DNA of 64,000 bases. It comes from a virus. Taxonomy: Duplodnaviria > Caudoviricetes. A program made the position numbers and the translations under genes. The notes under the pieces are model-generated. The model searched no databases. It was not told the DNA's origin and worked only from the letters and a program-made list of their open reading frames with translations. Where the stretch lies: IMG/VR virus record IMGVR_UViG_3300027672_001796; one strand, 5' to 3'. Positions 10,347 through 21,700 of the stretch are shown here, piece by piece; the stretch's first letter is position 1, and every line of letters starts with the position of its first letter.

Positions 10347-10973
10347 GTGCGTAAGTTATACGAATATATGAGTCCAGAAGCCAGTAAGATTCAATTACTT
10401 GAATCTAATGACGGAAAGGATTTATTTATGGCTGGTTTATTCATCCAAGGCGATGTTAAAAATCAGAATGGCAGGGTTTATCCAAAAGATGAAATCCAAC
10501 GTGCTGTTGAGAACGTTACAGCAAGATTATCAACTGGTGAGACTGTGATGGGTGAGTTAGATCACCCAGAAGAGTTACAAATTAACCTAGACAGAGTTAG
10601 TCATATCATTACAGAAATGCAATGTGATGGCAGTGATGGAATGGGTAAATTGAAAATTATCGATACACCGATGGGAAACATTGCAAGAGCTTTATTAAAA
10701 GCTGGTGCAAAGTTAGGAGTAAGTAGTAGAGGAAGTGGTAATGTTAATGAGTCAGGTCGTGTGTCTGATTTTGATATCATTACTGTTGATATTGTTGCTC
10801 AACCTTCGGCGCCCGATGCTTATCCAAAGACAATTTATGAGTCTTTGTTTAATATGGAAGGCGGTAGCATGTTACATGAGATCGCTAAAGACTATACACA
10901 CGGAAACATTGGTGCTGAGAAGCATCTAACTAAACAAATCATTAATTTTATTAATGAATTAAAATTGAGGTAG
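10347..10973 (+). CDS. gp21: prohead protease (T4 gp21-like)
   Basis: GLFIQGDVKNQNGRVYP, GELDHP, LGVSSRGSG, VDIVAQPSAPDAY. Confidence 0.95.
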   Translation: MRKLYEYMSPEASKIQLLESNDGKDLFMAGLFIQGDVKNQNGRVYPKDEIQRAVENVTARLSTGETVMGELDHPEELQINLDRVSHIITEMQCDGSDGMGKLKIIDTPMGNIARALLKAGAKLGVSSRGSGNVNESGRVSDFDIITVDIVAQPSAPDAYPKTIYESLFNMEGGSMLHEIAKDYTHGNIGAEKHLTKQIINFINELKLR

Positions 10974-10982
10974 GAGACTACT

Positions 10983-12092
10983 ATGGCAGTAAATTTTGAG
11001 GACCTGATCGAGTCTAGTGATATTAACGAAGAAGTTCGTACAAGTATCGTTGAGGCATGGGAAAGTCGTCTTGCCGAAGCCAAAGAACAACTTACAGCAG
11101 AATTAAGAGAAGAGTTTGCTCAGAGATATGAGCATGACAAAGGTCTTATTGTTGAAGCAGTTGACGGTTTTATTCATCAGCGTATCGAAGCAGAAGTTGC
11201 CGAGATTGCTGAAGATAAAAAAGCTGTTGCTGGTGAAAGAGTTGCTTATAAAAAGGCTATCAGTGAACATAGCACAAAGCTAAACAAGTTTGTGTCTGAA
11301 CAACTAGCAAAAGAGATTAAAGAGTTAAGAGCTGAACGTTCTAACGTTGCAGAACATGTAACTAAACTCGACGATTTTGTTGTTGAACAGCTGGCTGGAG
11401 AGCTTAAAGAATTCCATTCAGACAAGCAGGAACTAGTAGAGCAAAAAGTGAAAATGATGAGAGAAGGCAAAAAACAACTTGCTGAATCAAAATCAGACTT
11501 CATTAAACGTGCCGCTGATACAGTTGAAAAAACAGTAAACGCTATTGTAAAAGAGAACGTTTCCAGTTTTAAAGACGATATTACCGCCGCAAGAGAAAAC
11601 GATTTTGGTCGTAGAATATTTGAATCATTTGCAAATGAGTATCGTTCAAGTTACTTGAATGAAACCTCTGATGTAAAAGACTTACAGAAAGAAATCGCAG
11701 ACGTTAAGAAAACATTAGAAGAAACTAAAGCCCAAGCGGTAGCCACTGCTGAAGCAAAATCACTAGTTGAATCTAAGTTGAACGTAGCTAATGATTTAAT
11801 GAATCGTAAAGATGCATTAAGTGAGCTACTTAAACCTCTTAGCAAAAGCAAAAAAGAATTAATGGTAGATTTACTCGAAAGTGTAAAGACTGAGAACTTA
11901 GAGAAGCAATTCAATAAGTATCTCCCATCTGTTTTAGATGGAGAAGTTCCAGCAGTAGAGAGTAGGAAAGCAATTAATGAATCAGTTGTGTCAACACACA
12001 CTGGTAATAAAAACGTTCAGCCTTCATCGGAAGATGAACAGGACGTGGTTGAAATTAACCAAATCCGTAAATTAGCCGGACTTTCAAATTAG
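10983..12092 (+). CDS. gp22: prohead scaffold protein (T4 gp22-like)
   Basis: Long coiled coil between protease and MCP; FGRRIFESFANEY motif. Confidence 0.85.
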   Translation: MAVNFEDLIESSDINEEVRTSIVEAWESRLAEAKEQLTAELREEFAQRYEHDKGLIVEAVDGFIHQRIEAEVAEIAEDKKAVAGERVAYKKAISEHSTKLNKFVSEQLAKEIKELRAERSNVAEHVTKLDDFVVEQLAGELKEFHSDKQELVEQKVKMMREGKKQLAESKSDFIKRAADTVEKTVNAIVKENVSSFKDDITAARENDFGRRIFESFANEYRSSYLNETSDVKDLQKEIADVKKTLEETKAQAVATAEAKSLVESKLNVANDLMNRKDALSELLKPLSKSKKELMVDLLESVKTENLEKQFNKYLPSVLDGEVPAVESRKAINESVVSTHTGNKNVQPSSEDEQDVVEINQIRKLAGLSN

Positions 12093-12102
12093 GAGATAAG
12101 AA

Positions 12103-13242
12103 ATGGCAGAATTATTTGAGAGCAATTGGTCAGCTACCAAAGACGCACTTTTAGAAGGACTTAACGGTTCTAGAAAGAGTACTTTGGACGTAGTCCTGGA
12201 AAACACTAAAAGATATATTCAGGAATCAGCATCAAGTGGTGCTACACAGGCTGGCAACGTTGCTACATTAAACAAAGTAATGTTACCTCTAATCAGAAGG
12301 GTTATGCCTTCAGTTATAGCTAACGAACTTGTGGGCGTACAGCCTATGAGTGGCCCAGTTGGGCAAATCCACACACTAAGAACACGTTATGCCGAAGCGG
12401 CAACTGGCGTGAACCCAGGTGATGAGGCTCTTAGCCCATTTAAGATTGCTAACGCTTACTCAGGAAATCCAGACGCTACTGCAAGTAGTGAAGGAACTGC
12501 TGGTAAGAAATTAAGCATCCAAATCTTAAAACAAACAGTTGAAGCAAAAACAAGACGTCTATCTGCAAGATGGACATTTGAAGCGGCACAAGATGCTGAA
12601 TCAATGCATGGTCTTGATGTTGAAGCTGAAATTATGCAGGCATTGGCACAAGAAATCGTAGTAGAAATTGACCAAGAAATTATTGGTTCACTAAGATCTC
12701 TAGCTGGCGCAGGTACTACCCTAGACTTTAACGCAGTAACTGGCACACAGACTTACGTCGGTGACAGACATGCGGTATTGGCTATTGAGATCAATAGAGC
12801 GGCGAATAGAATCGCGGCTAGAACTAGACGTGGCGCTGGTAACTATATTGTTGTTTCACCTGAAGCACTTACAATATTACAATCAGCATCTACTTCAACG
12901 TTCGCAAGAACTACTGAAGGTTCATTCGAAGCACCTACTAACACTAAACTAGCTGGAGTCCTTAATGGCTCTATCAAAGTTTTTGTTGATAGTTATGCGG
13001 CTGATGGAACTAAAGTACTTGTTGGATACAAAGGTTCATCAGAAACTGATGCTCCTGCGTTCTATTGTCCTTACATCCCATTAATGTCAACAGGTCCAGT
13101 AATGGATCCAAGCACATTTGAACCAGTAGTTTCGTTCATGACCAGATATGGTTACATTGAACTTACTAACACTGCTTCATCTTTGGGTAACGCGGCAGAC
13201 TACGTTGACGCAATAACATTGTCAAACGTTGCATTCCAATAA
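12103..13242 (+). CDS. gp23: major capsid protein (T4 gp23-like)
   Basis: LIRRVMPSVIANELVGVQPMSGPVGQI, VEAKTRRLSARWTFEAAQD, EIDQEII, RGAGNYIV, AFYCPYIPL, FMTRYG. Confidence 0.97.
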   Translation: MAELFESNWSATKDALLEGLNGSRKSTLDVVLENTKRYIQESASSGATQAGNVATLNKVMLPLIRRVMPSVIANELVGVQPMSGPVGQIHTLRTRYAEAATGVNPGDEALSPFKIANAYSGNPDATASSEGTAGKKLSIQILKQTVEAKTRRLSARWTFEAAQDAESMHGLDVEAEIMQALAQEIVVEIDQEIIGSLRSLAGAGTTLDFNAVTGTQTYVGDRHAVLAIEINRAANRIAARTRRGAGNYIVVSPEALTILQSASTSTFARTTEGSFEAPTNTKLAGVLNGSIKVFVDSYAADGTKVLVGYKGSSETDAPAFYCPYIPLMSTGPVMDPSTFEPVVSFMTRYGYIELTNTASSLGNAADYVDAITLSNVAFQ

Positions 13243-13273
13243 GATTTATCTTAAAGGTCTAAAGAAACAAATT

Positions 13274-13301
13274 AAAAGCACACTTAGGTGTGCTTTTTTT
13301 T
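13274..13301 (+). terminator. intrinsic terminator after MCP
   Basis: AAAAGCACAC-TTAG-GTGTGCTTTT followed by a T run. Confidence 0.9.
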
Positions 13302-13375
13302 GACTTGAAAAAAATCCCGCAAGAAAGATAAATACAACTAAAGCAATTATTTAAATTTGTAGGATTTAGAATATA

Positions 13376-16300
13376 ATGACAAAACAATCGAATTTTAACC
13401 CAGAATCGGATCTGAAAGTAAAAGGTAGTTTATCCGTAGACACCCATTTGGCGGTCACAGGTAATACTGTAATAACAGGAACGTTACAAGTTACAGGCGA
13501 TACAACTTATCTTTCAGACACAGTAACACTTAACAATGCAAATGGTTATGTAATTAACGCTGACGCTGATTCAGGCACAGCATTCTTAGACATGCGTACT
13601 AACGTAGCAGACGCTAATGTGAGACTTGAATACGCTGGCGCAACTAACACCTTGCTAGTTAAAAATGATGATGGCACAGTTACTACACTGGGCGTAACAG
13701 GTGATGTCACAGCAAGTGCTACAATTACTGGTGCTACATTTACAGACGGCACAGCGACTATTACGGGCGGCGTAGGCACCGGTTTTACAAGTTTTACTTC
13801 AACAGAATTTGTTGGACACTTAACAGGACCAGTAACTGGTACAGCCACAATTGCAGACAAATTTACAAATGACAGAACATTAGCACTCACAGGTGATGTT
13901 GCAGGTAGTATTGCACTAGGACTTAATGCTACAAGTTCAGCACCAAGCATGAGTGTAACAATACAAGCAAATTCAGTTGCATTAGGAACAGATACAACGG
14001 GTAACTATGTTGCAACAATTACAGGCGGCACAGGTTTAACGTCTACTGTAGTTACAGGTGAAAGCGTAACTCCAACTATTAACTTAGATAACACGGCAGT
14101 TACTCCAGCAACTTACGGAACAGCAGGATCAACAGGAACATTTACAGTTGACCAACAAGGCAGAATAACAAGCGGTGTAACAACACCTATAGTAATTACA
14201 GCATCACAAGTTTCTGACTTTACAACAGCCGCAGAACTACTTTTAAGTATCAGTGATGCAGGCGGAGACGGAAGTTTAGCATACAACAATACAACAGGTG
14301 TATTTACATACACTGGCCCAAGTGCTTCAGAAGTAAGAGCACACTTAACAGCTGGAACAGGCTTAACAGTCACTAACGGTGAATTTGTACTAGATAATAC
14401 AGCAGTAACAGGTGCAAGTTATGGTAGTGCAACAGCAATACCTACATTCACTGTAGATGCACAAGGCAGACTAACAGCGGCGGCAGATTTAAACATTGCA
14501 GTACCAAGCTCACAGATTACAGATTTTGCAGAATCAGTTGACGACCAAGTTAATACACTATTAGTTGCGGGCACAAACTTAACCAAAGTTTACGATGATG
14601 CGGCAAATACATTAACGTTGGATACTGGATCAACAGTTATATTAACTACTGGTAACCAAAGTTTAGCAGGCACTAAGACATTTACAGGCTCTGTGGACTT
14701 AACAGGAGCAACTACAACGGTAGCAACACCTTCAGCTGATGCACATGTGTCAACGAAAAAATATGTAGATGACGAAATTGCAACTATTGTTGGTACAGCC
14801 GGAGCAACATTAGATACGCTAGGCGAAATTGCAACAGCATTAGGCAACGATGCCGCTCTTAATACAACATTAGTAAACTCTATAGCAACAAAACTTCCAT
14901 TAGCAGGCGGAACAATGTCCGGTGCTATTGCTATGAGTACAAATAAAATTACTGGATTAGGCACTCCTAGTGCAACAACAGATGCTACAACTAAGGCATA
15001 CGTTGATACTGCAAATACACAGATGGAAGCGTATGTATTGCTAAAACAATCAATAGAACGAGGCCATACTAATACTACTACGGCATTGAAAGTTAATAGA
15101 GCAATTAGAGTAGATTCTCCTTCCATGAATTGGAAAAACTTATCTGACGCATCATATACAGCAAATAACAATATTAATTTAGAAACAGAAGTTGACGGGT
15201 TAGATGGCGGCACACCAGGAGTAAGTTTTACACCAGTATTAAGTGGAACTGAACACGGTCTAATAACTATAGGCAAACAAGGCGGAATAACTCAGCAAAT
15301 ACAAGGTAACAAGGTCATATCAGGATCACTAAGGATTGCACCAGGTATAGATGTTAATAATGCCGCAAATGTCGATAACCAGGGTAGCGGTGTTTTAACA
15401 ATTAACGGCAATGTGGTTAACAGCAGTACAACACTTGTAACCGCAGGTAGCTTTGTAGTAGGCAACAAGTACACAATTGCAGTTGTAGGAACAACTAATT
15501 ATACATTAGTTGGTGCCGCAAATAACACTGTAGGCACAGTCTTTATTGCAACAGGTGTTGGTGCAGGCACAGGTAGAGCAACACATCATAACAATCAATG
15601 GCTAACAAACGTAAACCATTCATTCTTTAAGCACACAATCGCCGTCGGCGAAAGTGCGTTATCCATCTTAGGTGGTAACATTTATTACAGTACTAAATCA
15701 TCTGAAATTACACCTTACTTAGTAAGCGATACTAGTGGTGCAGGATCAATATCAACAGCTAGTGGCATCGACACTACTAAGAAACTTGGCGTTGACCAAG
15801 CACATTTCCAAACATTCGGTAACAGCACAATGTATATTGGTGATATTGGAAATGTAGCAACATATACAACAGTTCAATATGGTGGAAGTTCTTATACAAC
15901 TGGCAATAGACCATTAGAAAGATTAACAATTGACGGCGGTATAGTACTTGGAGCCAGACAAGCAGACGACTCTATTTTAGTTAACGGTACTGTTTTCTTT
16001 GACAATGACAGACTTAAAACTGTAGAAGGCGGTATTATTAAAAACGTAACAACAGCAACAGTTGATACGGTTAATTATACAACAGGCACAGGCAGAATAG
16101 CAATAAATGATTATCAAGGTGGTGAAAACTATCTTGCCGCTCTTGCACAAGGTACAGACATATCAATAACTAAAGTAAGTAATGTTGCGGCAAACGTTAT
16201 TACTATTAGTTCAAATACATCAAGCATTGTTAATACAGCAAAAAGTTCTTTGAGTGCCACAGGTGCTAACATTAGTTACGATGGAGCAGGAGCATTTACA

Positions 16301-18640
16301 AGTACTGTAGGCGCATTGACAACAACTAATGTTGCAGAAGGTTCAAATTTATACTTTACAGATGAAAGAGTAGATGACAGAGTTAGTTCTTTACTAGTTG
16401 GCGGAGCAAACGTAACTTTAACTTACAATGATGCCGCAGGCACATTAACAGTTGATGCAGATTTACTTGGCGATATTACAAGTGTAGTAGCTGGAGCAGG
16501 TATGACCGGCGGAGCAACTACAGGTGATGCAACACTAAACGTTATAGGCGGAAATGGTATTACTGTTTCAGCTGATGCAGTAATAACAGACGATACTTAC
16601 ATAAAAAACTTATTCAATGCATCTGGTTCTCAATTAAGTTACACTAACGGTATATTTACAAGTACCGCAGATAATTATAATGCTTGGAGTTTTACAACAG
16701 ATACAGCAGGCAACCAAGCAGTTAGTAGCGCCGGCGTAGTTAGTATACTAGGCGGAACAAACATGGATGTTACCCATAGTGGTAGCACAATTACAATTTC
16801 AACACTTGCAGATATAACAGGTATAATTGCTGGCTCAGGTATGACCGGAGGCGGAACAACTGGTTCTCCTACACTAAACGTTATAGGTGGAAAAGGCATT
16901 ACTGCTAGTGCAAATGAAATTGCATTAGACTTTACAGATTTTAATACAAGCAATATTACAGAAACTACAAACTTATATTACACAGATGCGAGAGCAGATG
17001 CAAGAATTACAGCATCAAGTACAAGTGCTTTAAGTGAAGGAACAAATTTATATTACACAAATGCTAGAGCAGATGCAAGAATTACAAATGCACTTATAGA
17101 TGAAGATACTATGGTAACTAATAGTGCTACTAAATTACCTTCACAGCAATCTGTTAAATCATACGTTGACACGAAAGTGGCGTCTATCATTGGCGGATCG
17201 TTAGATTTAAGTAGCAAAGATACAGATGATTTAAGCGAAGGTAGTTCAAATTTATATTATACAAATGCTAGAGCAGACGCTAGAGTAGACGCAGGTTTTA
17301 CTGCTAAGTCCACAACAAATTTAAGCGAAGGCACAAACTTATATTACACAGATGCGAGAGCAGATGCTAGAATTACAGCATCAAGTACAAGTGCTTTAAG
17401 TGAAGGCACTAACTTGTATTACACAAATGCAAGAGCAGATGCTAGAATTACAAATGCATTAGTTGACGAAGATAATATGGCATCAAATAGTGCTACTAAA
17501 CTTCCAAGTCAGCAAAGTGTTAAAGCATACGTTGATTCACAGGTAGCAAGTAAAGATAATACAGACGAAATAACAGAAGGTTCGACTAATTTATACTTTA
17601 CAAATGCAAGAGCAGACGCTAGAATAACAGCGGCTAGTACAAGTGATTTATCAGAAGGCACGAACCTTTACTTTACAAATGCTAGAGCAGACACAAGAGC
17701 AAATAGTGCTTTTGATACTAAATTTGCGGCACAAACCACAACTGGTTTATCAGAAGGAACAAATTTATATTACACGAATGCAAGAGCAGATGCAAGAATT
17801 ACTAACGCATTAGTTGACGAAGATAATATGGCATCAAATAGTGCTACTAAACTTCCAAGTCAGCAATCAGTAAAAGCATACGTTGATTCACAAGTAGCAA
17901 GTAAAGATAATACAGACGAAATAACAGAAGGTTCAACTAACTTATACTTTACAAATGCTAGAGCTGATGCAAGAATTACAGCGGCTAGTACAAGTGATTT
18001 ATCAGAAGGAACAAATTTATATTACACGAATGCAAGAGCAGATGCAAGAATTACCAAAGCGGCAATTGATGCTCTTAATGTAGATGCAGATACATTAGAT
18101 AGTATTAGTAGTGCAAGTTTCTTAAGAAGCGATGCGGCAGATACGCATAGTGCCGACATTACCCCTAGCACAAACAATACAATTAACTTAGGTTCTGCTT
18201 CTAATAAGTATGCAAATGTTTATGCAACGACATTTAATGGTGTTGCAACCACAGCCCAGTATGCGGATTTGGCAGAAAACTATCTAGCAGATGCAGACTA
18301 TCCACCAGGCACAGTATTAGTACTAGGCGGAGAACAAGAAGTAACAGTGACAACTGAATTCAATAATTCTAAAGTAGCAGGTGTTGTAAGTACAGACCCA
18401 GCACACTTAATGAATTCCGCACTTTCCGGGCAATTTGTTAAAGCAGTTGCACTTAGAGGACGAGTTCCTATAAGAGTAGTTGGTATAGTTAGCAAAGGTG
18501 ATGTGCTAATAACTAGTTCTACCCCAGGCGTGGCAATGGTCAGTTCCGATCCACACTTTGTAGGTGCGGCATGCATTATTGGTAAAGCAATATCCAATAA
18601 AGAACATGCTGGCGAAGGCATTGTAGAAGTACTAGTTTAA
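13376..18640 (+). CDS. long tail fibre / virion fibre protein 1
   Basis: 1754 aa, Thr/Gly/Ala-rich; ATKKYVD-type fibre motifs; 11 copies of E-G-x-NLY(Y/F)T-x-ARADAR; C-terminal YADLAE...LRGRVP...IIGKA domain; late promoter at 13327-13334. Confidence 0.85.
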   Translation: MTKQSNFNPESDLKVKGSLSVDTHLAVTGNTVITGTLQVTGDTTYLSDTVTLNNANGYVINADADSGTAFLDMRTNVADANVRLEYAGATNTLLVKNDDGTVTTLGVTGDVTASATITGATFTDGTATITGGVGTGFTSFTSTEFVGHLTGPVTGTATIADKFTNDRTLALTGDVAGSIALGLNATSSAPSMSVTIQANSVALGTDTTGNYVATITGGTGLTSTVVTGESVTPTINLDNTAVTPATYGTAGSTGTFTVDQQGRITSGVTTPIVITASQVSDFTTAAELLLSISDAGGDGSLAYNNTTGVFTYTGPSASEVRAHLTAGTGLTVTNGEFVLDNTAVTGASYGSATAIPTFTVDAQGRLTAAADLNIAVPSSQITDFAESVDDQVNTLLVAGTNLTKVYDDAANTLTLDTGSTVILTTGNQSLAGTKTFTGSVDLTGATTTVATPSADAHVSTKKYVDDEIATIVGTAGATLDTLGEIATALGNDAALNTTLVNSIATKLPLAGGTMSGAIAMSTNKITGLGTPSATTDATTKAYVDTANTQMEAYVLLKQSIERGHTNTTTALKVNRAIRVDSPSMNWKNLSDASYTANNNINLETEVDGLDGGTPGVSFTPVLSGTEHGLITIGKQGGITQQIQGNKVISGSLRIAPGIDVNNAANVDNQGSGVLTINGNVVNSSTTLVTAGSFVVGNKYTIAVVGTTNYTLVGAANNTVGTVFIATGVGAGTGRATHHNNQWLTNVNHSFFKHTIAVGESALSILGGNIYYSTKSSEITPYLVSDTSGAGSISTASGIDTTKKLGVDQAHFQTFGNSTMYIGDIGNVATYTTVQYGGSSYTTGNRPLERLTIDGGIVLGARQADDSILVNGTVFFDNDRLKTVEGGIIKNVTTATVDTVNYTTGTGRIAINDYQGGENYLAALAQGTDISITKVSNVAANVITISSNTSSIVNTAKSSLSATGANISYDGAGAFTSTVGALTTTNVAEGSNLYFTDERVDDRVSSLLVGGANVTLTYNDAAGTLTVDADLLGDITSVVAGAGMTGGATTGDATLNVIGGNGITVSADAVITDDTYIKNLFNASGSQLSYTNGIFTSTADNYNAWSFTTDTAGNQAVSSAGVVSILGGTNMDVTHSGSTITISTLADITGIIAGSGMTGGGTTGSPTLNVIGGKGITASANEIALDFTDFNTSNITETTNLYYTDARADARITASSTSALSEGTNLYYTNARADARITNALIDEDTMVTNSATKLPSQQSVKSYVDTKVASIIGGSLDLSSKDTDDLSEGSSNLYYTNARADARVDAGFTAKSTTNLSEGTNLYYTDARADARITASSTSALSEGTNLYYTNARADARITNALVDEDNMASNSATKLPSQQSVKAYVDSQVASKDNTDEITEGSTNLYFTNARADARITAASTSDLSEGTNLYFTNARADTRANSAFDTKFAAQTTTGLSEGTNLYYTNARADARITNALVDEDNMASNSATKLPSQQSVKAYVDSQVASKDNTDEITEGSTNLYFTNARADARITAASTSDLSEGTNLYYTNARADARITKAAIDALNVDADTLDSISSASFLRSDAADTHSADITPSTNNTINLGSASNKYANVYATTFNGVATTAQYADLAENYLADADYPPGTVLVLGGEQEVTVTTEFNNSKVAGVVSTDPAHLMNSALSGQFVKAVALRGRVPIRVVGIVSKGDVLITSSTPGVAMVSSDPHFVGAACIIGKAISNKEHAGEGIVEVLV
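16958..18056 (+). repeat. intragenic tandem repeats of fibre 1, including a ~351-nt duplication
   Basis: Ten NLY(Y/F)T-x-ARADAR units. The block SEGTNLYYTNARADARITNALVDEDNMASNSATKLPSQQSVKAYVDSQVASKDNTDEITEGSTNLYF... starts at 17399 and again at 17750. Confidence 0.9.
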
Positions 18641-18758
18641 TAACTCGTAAACCAGTCCAAACTCCAACAAAACGATAAATATGTGCAATAGGGAAAACCT
18701 TATTGACTGACTACGCGAGTCAGACTATATAACATATAGACAACATAGGAATAATAAA

Positions 18759-21700
18759 ATGGCCACAGCAATTCAATGGAGACGAGGCACCACTACCCAA
18801 CACAGTAGCTTTACTGGTTTGGCAGGTGAGATCACAGTCGATACAGATTTAAACACCGTTATAGTCCACGACGGAAGTACAGCAGGCGGACACAGAATAG
18901 CAAAATATACAGAAGTAACATCAGCGGCGGCAGGCGACATTAGTTCGGTTGTAGCTGGAGCAGGTTTAACTGGTGGAGCAACTACTGGTGATGCAACAAT
19001 TAATGTTATTGCTGGAGGCGGTATTACTGTTTCAGCTGATGCAGTATCACTTAATGCTTCTTCAGGAACATTTACAACAGGTGTGCAAACATTCTTAGCA
19101 GGTGGAACACTTGCAGGACACATTATACCATCAGCAGACGTTACTTACGATTTAGGTTCAAGCAGTAAGCAATGGCGTGATGTATATGTTGGTCCAGGAT
19201 CACTTTACATTAACGGACAACAAGTACTTCAAGACAATTCAGGTACAATCCAAATTAGTGCTGATGCAAACCAAAACGTTGGAATAGTAACATCAGGATC
19301 AGGTGACGTAGAACTTAACGCATCTGGAACAGGTGTAATTAATATCCAATCAGCAATTACAGTTGATGCAGGACAAACACTTACTGGTACTGGCGGCTTA
19401 ACAATGGCTTCCAACATTAACTTAAACAGTAATTCAGTTAACAACTTACCAGCTCCTGGACATGCAGGTGACGCCACTAACAAAACATACGTTGATGGTG
19501 CAACTTACTTAACAGGTGGAACTGGTATTACAAATAGTTCAGGAACCTTTGCAATTGATGCCACAGTAATTACAACTACTGGCACTCAAACAATCTCAGG
19601 CAACAAGACGTTCTCAGGAACAACTACCGTAAGCGGTACTTTGAACTCCTCAGGCGCTCAATTAAATATTGCTGATAACCTTATAACATTAAATTCAGAC
19701 GCAACTGGCACTCCAAGTGAAGATGTTGGTCTTATTGTTGAAAGGGGCGATTCAACTAACGTTCAGTTCAAATGGATTGAAGCGGCAGATGAGTGGTCAT
19801 TCACAAATGACGGTTCAGCTTACCAAGGTCTTGTTGGACATGCAGACTTTAGTGCTGTTACTAGCGGAGACGGAAGTCTTTCATATAACAGTTCAACAGG
19901 TGCGTATACATATACTGGCCCAACTGCGGCAAACGTTAGAGCACATTTAAGTGCTGGAACAGGCATGTCATTTAGTGGTGGAGCATTCGCTACAACAATT
20001 ACACAGTATACTGATGCACTAGCTAAAGCATCTATTACTGTTAATGATGCAGGCGGAGACGGAAGTTTAGCAATTAGCAACGGTGTAATTACTTATACTG
20101 GACCTAGTGCGGCTGAAGCCGAAGCACAAATTAATGCACATTTAAGTGGTGGAACAGGTATTACTTATACAGACGGTGCTATTAGTGTAGATGCTACAGT
20201 AGTATCAACAAGTGGTACTCAAACTGTTGCAGGTGCTAAGACATTCAGTGATAACATGATTATCAGTGGTAACTTAACAGTTAACGGTACACAGACTATT
20301 GTTAATACTGAAACATTAACTATTGATGATAACATGATTGTTCTTAACAATAATGAAGCTGGCACTCCAAGTGAAGATTCAGGTATTGAAATAGAACGTG
20401 GAACATCAACTAACGTTAAACTACAGTGGAAAGAAGCTAGTGACAGATGGGAAATGTTTGATGGTTCAAGCACTTATCCACTTGCTAGAACTACAGCAGA
20501 TTTAACAGAATCAGGTAACTTATACTACACAGATGCTAGAGCAAATGCTCGAGTGGCGGCGGCAACCGGTGCTAACTTAGATTTAAGTAGCAAAGATACT
20601 GGTGACTTATCAGAATCAGGTAACTTATACTATACAGATGCTAGAGCAGATGCCAGAATAGCGGCGGCTGACACTGGTGATTTATCAGAAGGTAGCAACG
20701 AATACTTTACTACTGCTAGAGCAAGAGCAAGTATTAGTGAAGGATCAACTGAATTAGCATATAACAGTACAACTGGTGTGTTAACATTTACACAGGGTAG
20801 TACTTCAGGTGTATCAGAAGGTTCCAACCTTTACTACACAGATGCTAGAGCAGATGCAAGAATTGCCAACGCAAGTACAAGTAATTTAAGTGAAGGCACA
20901 AACCTTTACCACACAACTGAAAGAGTACAAGATATTGCAGGCGCAATGTTTACTGCAAATACAGAAAGTGGAATTACAGTAACATATGATGATGCTGACG
21001 GTACAATTGACTTAACAACAAGTATTGCAGGATTTAGTACAAGTAATTTAAGCGAAGGTTCAAACCTTTACCACACAACTGCAAGAGCTAGAGCAAGTAT
21101 TAACGGTGGAACAGGTATTACTTATAATGCTTCTACTGGTGCTATTAGTTTAACAGACACTGGTTATGTAACAGGTGTTACAGCAGGAACTGGTTTAAGT
21201 GGAGGCGGTACTTCAGGCACTGTTACACTAAACGTTTCAGGCATCACAGTTGCAGAACTAGACGGCGGAGCAGTTCAGATAAGTTCAGAATCATTTGCTG
21301 ATAATAATACTACGTTGATGACATCAGCGGCAATTCAAGATAAAATTGAAGCATATGGATATTCAACAACAACAGGTGACATTACAGGTGTTACAGCAGG
21401 TGCAGGTTTAACTGGTGGCGCAACAAGCGGATCAGCTGACTTGGCTATTGGCGCAGGTACTGGTATTACTGTAAATGCAAATGATATTGCAGTTACATTA
21501 ACACCATTTAGTACAAGTAATTTAAGTGAAGGCACAAACCTTTACTATACAAGTGCTAGAGCAGATGCTAGAGTTAGTGCAGTAGTAACCAATGCGTTTG
21601 TTGATGCATTGAATGTTGATGCTGATACACTAGATGACTTAACTAGTTCTCAGTTCTTAAGAAGCGATGCTAATGATTCACACAGTGGAACAATTACTCC

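Noticed and set aside
16958-18056. Possible CRISPR array or non-coding repeat
   Set aside because: The repeats are in-frame protein repeats with synonymous variation, have no unique spacers of uniform length, and no cas genes are present.
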